NCBI GenBank assembly: GCA_039920205.1
Contig: JBDSEC010000038.1
Coordinates: forward strand, 1 to 30,808
Length of the DNA stretch: 30,808 bases
Direction: 5' to 3'
DNA from: Pyrinomonadaceae bacterium
Lineage (GTDB): Bacteria; Acidobacteriota; Blastocatellia; Pyrinomonadales; Pyrinomonadaceae
Positions 19,212-26,668 of the stretch are shown here, piece by piece. Each line of letters begins with the position of its first letter. The stretch's first letter is position 1. Below the pieces are notes generated by a model. It did no database searches. It worked only from the letters and a program-made list of their open reading frames with translations, and was not told the DNA's origin. The translations under genes and the position numbers were made by a program.

Positions 19212-22200
19212 TTACCTCCACTCGCCTTGCTGAACGAACGCCGCCCAATAATACGGCGATCGCCACTGCTTCTGTCTCCACAGCGCCAGTTGGGCTTCGC
19301 GGAACGCCGCCGTCGGCCGCATTCCACCCGTGATCATTCCTTGATAGAGGCGCGCCATAAGTTCCGCCGTCCCTTTATCGCTGACGTTCCACATGCTGAC
19401 AATAATGCGGGCGGCGCCGGCGTACATAAATCCACGGGTCAATCCAACCACCCCTTCACCTTTGATCACTTTACCCAGGCCGGTTTGGCAGGCGCTTAGG
19501 ACCACCAGCTCCGCCGGGAGGTTCAGGTTGTAGATCTCCTGCGTCTTGAGTAGGCCCTCGCGCGGTTCACCGCGTTCGTTCACCAGGGAAAGGACCAACG
19601 CCGACAGGCCGGGTCTTTCACTGTCAATGTATCCGTGGGTAGCAAAGTGCACGTAACGATACTTGCTCAACTCTCCATCGGTAGCTGCGGCCAGATTTGC
19701 CTTGAAATCCAGAGCCTCGAAATTTGAGGACTTGGGCGCCACCGCTAGAATTCGTTGCGCTTCCTGCCGAGTGAAGGGAAGTCGGCGGATCTGAGCGTCT
19801 TCATCTGAAAGATGTTCCAACGTTCGAGTTCCGTCGGTTCGTGCGATCGTCCCCGTTGGGGGTGCTTCTGATCTTCCCGGTTGGGAACGGACCCGCGCAT
19901 CCGATCGGTCAAAAACCGGATCCGCTAATAACGCAATGTTGTTGGGCGCCGGTTGGCGGCCGGCTAATTCGTTTCGCTGCAGGGCGAGGATCGAAGCCGA
20001 CGGTAAACTGACGATCTCGTGGTCGACGAACAGCGGTCTATAGGTCTGTCTAGCCAAAGAGTTTTCGGGTCGCCCGGCGATCACTGACCGCTCCGCCGCC
20101 GCTGGAACCGATAACATTGAAAAAGGAATATACTGCAACGCCCCGTCGGCGACGATCGCCAAACGTTTGTTCTCAAGTTCAGCCGCCGCCGGTCCTACTA
20201 GCAAGCCACTCAACTGTTCAGCCGCCGTTTGCGCGTCCCGGTCGGCCTGGTCGATCCGAACCCGTTTCTGTGCGGGACTTTCCTTCTCTTTTCGTTGGGC
20301 ACGCGCGGTCACTAATTCATAGAGCCGCCGCGCCGACATTTCGATCTGGTCGCGGCCCGCTAATTGATAACTGGTCAAACCATTTCGCGTCACCACCCAG
20401 AGATAACTGCGTTTGGTCCCGAGCGAGTATTCCAAGAGCAACGTGTCGGGATCTAACTGTTTTTGCAGTTCAGCCAGGTCCAGCGCTTGCGGCTGAGTCA
20501 CCGCGGCATAGTGAGGGCTGAGCCGGCGAATATCGCCGCGAACCTGCTGATAATCCGCTTCCAGCGCGCCGATCTCTTGCTGCAATTTTTGGATCTGATC
20601 CGCCCGGTCGGACTGACCCTTTAAGGTGATCAAACGCGTCGCTTTAGTGTTGAGAATTTGCGCCAATTCGCGTTCACGATCTAGCAATTTCAGGTCAGCA
20701 CCTTGACGGACGTCAACCCCAAACTCCGCCAGCATATCCAGCAGGCTGCGCGCGCGGGCGCGTTCGCTGACCTTGAGCGCCGCGGCGTCGTAGCCCTTCC
20801 GGGGTTCTGCTTGATGCATTCGCATCAGCAAGTCGATCATCAATTCGTACGCATCTTGCCGCGAAGCAAAAAATGAGGTTCGCAATTGTTGACTGGTAAC
20901 CCGTCCACGCATGGTCTCAACGATATTGATCGCCGCGTCGGCCTGTTCGCGCGCTTGGATGAAGTTATTACTGGCGAGCTGTGCTTCGGCCAGGCCTTGA
21001 CGCGCGCGCGCCTCGTCAAGCCGGTCAGTTAGTTCCAAAAATATCCCTAGCGCTTGGGTGTAAAATTCGATCGCCTGAGCCGCGTTGCCGGCCAGCAGTT
21101 GAGCTTGCCCCAGATAGACCAAAATGATGCCTTCTTCGCGGCGGCTGTGGGTGGTCCGCGCGAGTTCGAGTGCTAATTGCAATTGCCCGATGGCGTCTTG
21201 GGGTTGGCCGAGTGAAGTGTAGGCCGCTCCGATATTCTTTAGCGTGACGGCTTCTCCCCGCCGATCTCCCGATGTCCGTCGCAAGGGCAGCGCTTGGTTG
21301 AAATAATTCAGCGCCGTCGCCGTTTCGCCCGATGACGCATAGGCGAATCCGATCTGATTAAGCGTATTGGCTTCGCCCTGGACGTCTTTGGCTATACGCC
21401 GCAGTTGAAGTGCGCCGGTGAGAAACTCCAATGCCTGTGGCGGCTCGCCCAGCGCGACATAGACCAAGCTGAGGTTATCCAGCGTGTCGGCCTCGCGCCG
21501 CCAATTGCTGCCCTGCCGGCGCAAAGGTAAGGCACGGCTTAAAAAGTCTAAGGAGAGCTGCAGGTCGCCGAGGTTGTAATAAATGACCCCTATGTTGTTC
21601 AACGTGTCGCCCCGCGCCACATCATTGTTAAGCGTTCCCCACAAAGCCAGCGCCTGGTTATAATGAAGCAGGGCCGGTTGCGGTTCGCCTAGTACATCGT
21701 AGGCGCCGCCCAGGTTGTTGAGCATACGCGCCTGATTTCGTTGGTCATTGATCGATTGGCTTAGCTCAAGGGCCCGGTCAAAACGCGCTAGGGCAAGTTG
21801 CGGTTGGCCCAACGCGTTATAAGCCAGGCCCAATCGGTTGAGTACCGAAATTTCCAGGAACGGGTCGGGCAGTGAATGGAAGATGGGTAACAGTGCTTCC
21901 AATTGCACCAGCGCTTCCTGTCTAGTTGCGGGCTGTTGCAGCAATTTCGAAGCGCTCCGAAATCCTTGTTCGCCCTCCACGCGCGAACGGTCGGTGGCCG
22001 TCGGTTCCCGCAACGCTTCCACTTTGATCTCGAAATCACCGGCCGCGGCCCTGGCGTCAGGCGACCGCACTTCGATCAGATACGTGCCCGGTCCGGCGGC
22101 GATGGCCGAGATCGGTTCCGGTCCGAAATTGCCGTTCGGACTGTCCATCTCGATCAACCGTTGATGCTCCGGCCCGATCAGCGCAACGGCGACATCGATC

Positions 22201-22424
22201 CCTTGTTGCTCGACCACCACGCGCACAAATTGTCCGGCGATCAATTCCACCGGAAAGAGTTGAGTCTCGCCGCCAGCGAGCCTTCCATTGACGGACTGGC
22301 CTAGAACGAGCGGAGTCGACGGTGACTGGCCGCGCGCGGTATTGGCGGTCAGGACCAGGGCACCGGTCGCCGCCGTTAATAGGCAAGCACAAAAAAAGGC
22401 ACTGATGTTGTACGGGCGTCGCAT
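19212..22424 (-). CDS. Exported PPC-like + TPR-repeat + CHAT (caspase-like) protease, 1070 aa
   Basis: Signal peptide ending ARG-Q, PPC-like beta domain, about 8 TPRs, CHAT dyad HFATHG and VLSACQT, C-terminal SPYYWAAF. Confidence 0.93.
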   Translation of the reverse strand: MRRPYNISAFFCACLLTAATGALVLTANTARGQSPSTPLVLGQSVNGRLAGGETQLFPVELIAGQFVRVVVEQQGIDVAVALIGPEHQRLIEMDSPNGNFGPEPISAIAAGPGTYLIEVRSPDARAAAGDFEIKVEALREPTATDRSRVEGEQGFRSASKLLQQPATRQEALVQLEALLPIFHSLPDPFLEISVLNRLGLAYNALGQPQLALARFDRALELSQSINDQRNQARMLNNLGGAYDVLGEPQPALLHYNQALALWGTLNNDVARGDTLNNIGVIYYNLGDLQLSLDFLSRALPLRRQGSNWRREADTLDNLSLVYVALGEPPQALEFLTGALQLRRIAKDVQGEANTLNQIGFAYASSGETATALNYFNQALPLRRTSGDRRGEAVTLKNIGAAYTSLGQPQDAIGQLQLALELARTTHSRREEGIILVYLGQAQLLAGNAAQAIEFYTQALGIFLELTDRLDEARARQGLAEAQLASNNFIQAREQADAAINIVETMRGRVTSQQLRTSFFASRQDAYELMIDLLMRMHQAEPRKGYDAAALKVSERARARSLLDMLAEFGVDVRQGADLKLLDRERELAQILNTKATRLITLKGQSDRADQIQKLQQEIGALEADYQQVRGDIRRLSPHYAAVTQPQALDLAELQKQLDPDTLLLEYSLGTKRSYLWVVTRNGLTSYQLAGRDQIEMSARRLYELVTARAQRKEKESPAQKRVRIDQADRDAQTAAEQLSGLLVGPAAAELENKRLAIVADGALQYIPFSMLSVPAAAERSVIAGRPENSLARQTYRPLFVDHEIVSLPSASILALQRNELAGRQPAPNNIALLADPVFDRSDARVRSQPGRSEAPPTGTIARTDGTRTLEHLSDEDAQIRRLPFTRQEAQRILAVAPKSSNFEALDFKANLAAATDGELSKYRYVHFATHGYIDSERPGLSALVLSLVNERGEPREGLLKTQEIYNLNLPAELVVLSACQTGLGKVIKGEGVVGLTRGFMYAGAARIIVSMWNVSDKGTAELMARLYQGMITGGMRPTAAFREAQLALWRQKQWRSPYYWAAFVQQGEWR

Positions 22425-22500
22425 GGTTGTTCTTGGGAGCGGATCACGGAAAATTCCCCCGATCCGCTACCGCTGTTGTCGTTGGTCTCTTCACAACAGA

Positions 22501-22893
22501 TCAGCGCGGGTCGCCGCTGCCTTGTCCCTGAGCCGACCAACTGCCGTCTTCTTGGCCGGTCGGAAGCGTTTTACTGGAAACGGTTCCCGACATACTATTA
22601 GGAGTGTCCAACTGACCAACAAAATAATAGGTCGTGCCATTCAACTCGATCTGGAACGCGACCTGCATGTCGTCTCCGACTGTTGCCTGTTCCAAGGCAT
22701 AGGCCGTCGTTGTTGGTTTCTCGCTGTTTACACTTCCATAAAGGTCCAAACCACCGACGGTTGGTCCTTGATAAGCAATGACGATCTCCTTCATTGTTTC
22801 GAGAACTTGTACGCCCGAAACGTCTAAGGTCCAGGATCCGGTGATCGACGGTAGATCAAGCGCTTTGTTGTTTGTCGGGGCAATGTCAGTCAT
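22501..22893 (-). CDS. Small beta-rich hypothetical protein (130 aa)
   Basis: Strong AAGGAGAG RBS 7 nt before ATG 22893. Alternating beta patterns (ITGSWTLDV, VAFQIELNGTTYYFVGQL, DGSWSAQ). No signal peptide. Confidence 0.8.
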   Translation of the reverse strand: MTDIAPTNNKALDLPSITGSWTLDVSGVQVLETMKEIVIAYQGPTVGGLDLYGSVNSEKPTTTAYALEQATVGDDMQVAFQIELNGTTYYFVGQLDTPNSMSGTVSSKTLPTGQEDGSWSAQGQGSGDPR

Positions 22894-23008
22894 ATTCACT
22901 CTCCTTGTTGGTGACCAAGTGAAACCTTAAGGCGAACACCCGCATTTGCGGCGCGCGCGCCAAAGAAGGCAGACTACGCCGTAAACAGTTGTCAATGCCG
23001 CTACTGAT

Positions 23009-23039
23009 TAATGCGTAATTCAGGCACAGATCACCTCAT
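23009..23039 (-). promoter_or_regulatory. Candidate ECF promoter, copy A (ATGAGG-N18-CGCATTA)
   Basis: Minus strand reads ATGAGG tgatctgtgcctgaatta CGCATTA, about 115 bp upstream of the ATG at 22893. Same words and spacer as copy B. Confidence 0.65.
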
Positions 23040-23182
23040 TCGTTACCGCTCGGTGATATTTGGGGGCAACTACCGGGTTCCGCCGGCCGGATCGTCAAGC
23101 TGAAGGTGAACCCAACTAGACGAAATTATCTGCATTATTATTTGCAAAAGCTAACGGCGGACTCCCGTTCGACAACTTCGAC

Positions 23183-25012
23183 TCAGTGATGCTCAAGTCG
23201 AAGCAGATAGACAAGTGTATCACCATTATATTTGAGCGCGACCTCCTTATTTTCTTCATCAACCGCCACCCGCGGTTTGGGATATTGCGGCGAATTCAAA
23301 AAATTTCTTACGCCCTCGCTCGATCCGAGGTCGCTGATCAAACCACGGTCACGCCGGTTGGCTAGCCCCTTGAGCGCCTCGAGCGAGGGAATTGGCATCG
23401 ACGAGTACACCAACCACAATTTCTCGGTGCCTTGGATAGCGTCGAAGGCGATCCAGCTATCCGCGGGTACCTGCAGCTCGTTACCCGCGGACAGTCGTGA
23501 ATTGCCGGCGTTGGTCGTGGACGAAGGGAATAGGATCACGAACGAACTCGGCTGACCGCTGGTGGCAGGTCCCTCATTAAAAACATAGAGCTGGCCGTCT
23601 TGCGGGCTGCGCAGGTGCAAACGGATCTGATAGTCGTTTTCGAAAACTATCTCTTTTCCCAAGCGGAACGGTGCTTGAAACGGCTTACCGTCCCGGTATT
23701 TCTGCACCTCGATCCAGTAGCTAAGTTGGCGTTCGGGGGCGAATGACGCTGGCCCCGGTGATGCGGGTGACGGGTGGGCCGAGCGCCAGAGCTTTACCGC
23801 GACAAAAGCGGCACCTGCCAGCAGCAACCCTGTGATCAATACGAATAGGACCGTCCGGGCTTTTGATCGGCCGACTTTCCACGGCGGTTGGCCGAGGGAA
23901 TTCATAGGGGCGGACTGCGCGCCGCTGGTAGAGCCCAAACTAGGTTCCAAGTCGCGGTGCAGCGCTTGGAGATCTTCAACCAATTCAGCCGCCGCCGCAT
24001 AACGTTGACGGCGATCCTTGGCGAGTAACTTGCCGAGGACCAGTGCCAGTTTGGCTGTCGCCGCGCGGTTTTCCAACTTTAACGGAAAGGGGTCGCGCTC
24101 TAAAATGGCGGCGATCACATCGCCACGGCTTGGACCACTAAAAGGCGCGGCGCCGGCGATCATTTCGTAGAGCACGACGCCCAGACTCCAAAGATCTGTG
24201 CGCGCGTCCACCGAAAAGGCCCGAACTTGTTCCGGCGACATATATGCGGTGGTGCCCATCAATAACCCGGGCGTGGTCAAGTACGAGTCGCTCGTTGCAC
24301 CCCCGTGGGATGGATCTGGCGCGTATTTGGCCAGGCCGAAATCCAAGATCTTTATCCGGCCGCGTGCGTCCAGCATGATATTTTCCGGTTTAATGTCGCG
24401 GTGAACGATGCCGATCTGATGGGCTTCAGCCAGGGCGCCCGCGATCTGTCCGGCGATCCGCAACGCCTCCTTGATCGCCAAGGGGCCCCGCGTTATTATC
24501 CGGCGCAAGGTCTCGCCGGCAACAAATTCCATGGCGATAAAATGTCGGCCATCGGCCTGCTCGATCTCGTAAATACTGGCAAGATTTGGATGGTTCAAGG
24601 CCGAAGCCGCGCGGGCTTCTTGACGGAATCGTCGAACCAGGTCCGGATCATCCGCCAGATGGTCCGGCATCAATTTTAGCGCGACTTGGCGGCCCAAACG
24701 GGAATCTTCGGCCAAGTAAACCTCGCCCATTCCGCCGGCGCCCAACAAGCTGATGATCCGATACGGGCCTAGCACCGCTCCGTCTAGCTCACCCGTCAAT
24801 GGATCGATCAACAGTTCCGCCGCCATTTCAAATGCCGGAGCGTCAAGAAAACTACCGGGCCGCTCGTCGGCGTTGAGTAAGGCCTCTACTTCAGCACGCA
24901 GTTCGGCATCCGCGCCGCAAGCATCCGCTAGAAACGCCGGTCGCTCGGATTCCGGTTGCTCAAGGGCGGCATGAAAGTGCCGCTTGATGATCTGGTAGCG
25001 CTCGGGATTCAT
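23183..25012 (-). CDS. Hanks-type Ser/Thr protein kinase, one TM helix, C-terminal DUF4384-like ectodomain
   Basis: GAGGMGEVY, VALK, HRDIKPEN, DFGLAK, YMSPEQ, DLWSLG; TM VLFVLITGLLLAGAAFVAV; N-terminal ERPAFLADACGADAELRAEVEALL extension typical of ECF-linked kinases. Confidence 0.95.
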   Translation of the reverse strand: MNPERYQIIKRHFHAALEQPESERPAFLADACGADAELRAEVEALLNADERPGSFLDAPAFEMAAELLIDPLTGELDGAVLGPYRIISLLGAGGMGEVYLAEDSRLGRQVALKLMPDHLADDPDLVRRFRQEARAASALNHPNLASIYEIEQADGRHFIAMEFVAGETLRRIITRGPLAIKEALRIAGQIAGALAEAHQIGIVHRDIKPENIMLDARGRIKILDFGLAKYAPDPSHGGATSDSYLTTPGLLMGTTAYMSPEQVRAFSVDARTDLWSLGVVLYEMIAGAAPFSGPSRGDVIAAILERDPFPLKLENRAATAKLALVLGKLLAKDRRQRYAAAAELVEDLQALHRDLEPSLGSTSGAQSAPMNSLGQPPWKVGRSKARTVLFVLITGLLLAGAAFVAVKLWRSAHPSPASPGPASFAPERQLSYWIEVQKYRDGKPFQAPFRLGKEIVFENDYQIRLHLRSPQDGQLYVFNEGPATSGQPSSFVILFPSSTTNAGNSRLSAGNELQVPADSWIAFDAIQGTEKLWLVYSSMPIPSLEALKGLANRRDRGLISDLGSSEGVRNFLNSPQYPKPRVAVDEENKEVALKYNGDTLVYLLRLEHH

Positions 25013-25039
25013 GCACGTGTTGATCGTTAAGGTCGAGAT

Positions 25040-25603
25040 CTAGGCTTCAAGTTCGCGGCGCAACCAGGCCCGCGCCATTTTCCATTCGCGTTCGATGGTG
25101 GCATGCGAACGCGACATGACTTCGGCGGCCTCTTCGATGGTTAGTCCACCGAAAAAGCGCAATTCGACGATCTGGCTTTGTTGTGGATCCAGTTTCTCCA
25201 GTCTTTTTAAGGCAGCATGCAGATTCAGTAGGTCGACGCCGGGATCACCCGCGACCTGGTTCGCCTCGCTTAGCGACACACTGTATTGATCTCCCCCGCG
25301 TTTGGCCGCCCGGTGCGCGCGGGCATGATCTACCAAAATTCGGCGCATGAGTTTGGCTGAGATCCCGAAAAAATGGGCCCGATTTTGCCATTTGATGTTG
25401 TGTTGGTCGATAAGGCGGACAAAGACTTCGTTGATCAACGCCGTAGGCTGCAACGTATGATCTTGCCGTTCTCGTTCTAAATAATTGCCCGCCAAGCGCC
25501 GCAGATCCTGATAGATCAACGGCACCAATTCGTCGAGCGCACTCGCTTCACCGTTGCTCCAACGTTCCAAAACCACGGTAATGTTTGGTTGGGCCTGCGT
25601 CAC
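25040..25603 (-). CDS. ECF sigma factor, kinase-associated (ECF43 / TIGR02999-like)
   Basis: ALDELVPLIYQDLRRLA, HTLQPTALINE, WQNRAHFF, MRRILVDHAR..KRGG, RFFGGLTIEE. GTG 25603 follows a GGAAGGG RBS; 27 bp from the kinase start. Confidence 0.92.
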   Translation of the reverse strand: MTQAQPNITVVLERWSNGEASALDELVPLIYQDLRRLAGNYLERERQDHTLQPTALINEVFVRLIDQHNIKWQNRAHFFGISAKLMRRILVDHARAHRAAKRGGDQYSVSLSEANQVAGDPGVDLLNLHAALKRLEKLDPQQSQIVELRFFGGLTIEEAAEVMSRSHATIEREWKMARAWLRRELEA

Positions 25604-25769
25604 GTCTGACCCTTCCAGGTGATAGCTTGCAAATACGGAAGTCGGAGAGGGGTTTGGCTGCTGCCGGAAAAAGTTGGTCGAAAGGAAAAACCGCAACAAA
25701 GGCGAACCGGGCAAGTCGAAGAGTACAGGCGGCGAAACAATTTATTCATTCGATCCAGCGTGATCCAGC

Positions 25770-26316
25770 GTGCTTAACTAGTTGAGCAGTTTACCCCTGA
25801 ATCTTGGGAACGGCAACACATTGAAGTTCCTCGCAAAGTTAATAATTGATTGGATTGTGGTGGCGCGAACTTTCTACGCCAAGGTCACGGTAGGTCCGCA
25901 CGCAGAAAACCGAACCCGTTTGGCCGGATCCGCAAATTCGCCGAGGGGTGGCCGAATGCGGTCCGTCGGGTTCGGTCAATTGCCTGCAGGGGTGAATCAA
26001 ACTCTAATCGAGGCCGGTAATGCGGTCGCGGCTATCGGCCGCATCCACCGGCCCATTCAACCCGTCCGTAATCCTTCGGCCACAGCTAGGGGACCTAACT
26101 GTAGGTTACTTACGGGTCAGGGAATCGGTCTCTTCACTTCTTGATCGGGATCAAGAAGTGTCGACCACTCTCCCTCAGACGCTCGCATCGGCCTTTAACA
26201 AGTTCGGTACGCTCAGGAGCGGGAAGCTGCCGAACCCGTCGCCGTTCGATCTGGCACTCAGATCTCGACCGGCGTCATTGTCCCGGTGGGAGAACGAGCG
26301 TTGACGAACCGTCCTC
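25770..26316. ncRNA. Candidate structured non-coding RNA or long structured leader (no known family recognised)
   Basis: At least seven stems read by eye, e.g. ACCGAACCCG/CGGGTTCGGT (25909-25976), GGCCGGT/ACCGGCC (26012-26053), CACTTCTTGATC/GATCAAGAAGTG (26135-26160), GACGCTCG/CGAGCGTT (26178-26302). No credible ORF; strand unresolved. Confidence 0.5.
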
Positions 26317-26322
26317 ACTTAG

Positions 26323-26353
26323 TAATGCGGAAGTACGGGAAAAAGTCCCTCAT
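26323..26353 (-). promoter_or_regulatory. Candidate ECF promoter, copy B (ATGAGG-N18-CGCATTA)
   Basis: Minus strand reads ATGAGG gactttttcccgtacttc CGCATTA, immediately ahead of the structured region. Confidence 0.65.
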
Positions 26354-26467
26354 AAAAAGGAGAATATTTTTTGGGGAGGGTTGTGCGGTCAGTTTTTGGC
26401 CGTTAGCCATTAGCCCGGGGAGGTATCAGCCACCAGGTTCAATGAGGTAACACTCGGGCGCCCGGCC

Positions 26468-26591
26468 GGGACATCGGGCGACCCGCCCGCAGGTTGCGGA
26501 GCCACGATCGACACCGAAAGCATCCAACGTAACCTGTAGGCTTTTTCCTGACTAGACTCCTCCGCATCAGCGGGCAGGTCGCCCGCGCTCC
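26468..26591. repeat. REP-like inverted doublet (GGAGCGCGGGCGACCTGCCCGC type)
   Basis: CGGGCGACCCGCCCGCaggtTGCGGAG on the left is the near reverse complement of CTCCGCAtcaGCGGGCAGGTCGCCCG on the right. Confidence 0.65.
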
Positions 26592-26668
26592 GGCGTTCGT
26601 CCGCCCGTGAGCGTGTAAATTATTTTGTGTAAATGGTCACTGAGCCGATAACCAGCTAAGGTTGGAGG

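Noticed and set aside
3144-24974. Numerous long antisense or alternate-frame ORFs (e.g. 3736-4302, 5245-5856, 7521-8057, 9701-10309, 12941-13534, 18434-19108, 22288-22827)
   Set aside because: They are shadows of well-supported GC-rich genes, with Arg/Pro/Ser-rich or featureless translations.
25770-26240. c-di-AMP (ydaO) riboswitch-like words GCTTAA..GAGC, GGGGTGAATC and CCGAACCCGTC on the + strand
   Set aside because: Order and spacing do not fit, the GCGGGGGA and CAGCTAAC..CGTAGGC elements are missing, and each word is explained as an arm of a local stem.
26337-26349. GGGAAAAAGTCCC resembling the RNase P GAGGAAAGUCC motif
   Set aside because: Imperfect match, no 3' AACCCGGCUUA partner, and it lies within the spacer of promoter motif B.
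25782-26413. ORFs 25782-26144, 26020-26304 and 26141-26413 (+)
   Set aside because: TTG starts, no RBS, mutually overlapping, no domain-like sequence; the region is better explained by RNA structure.
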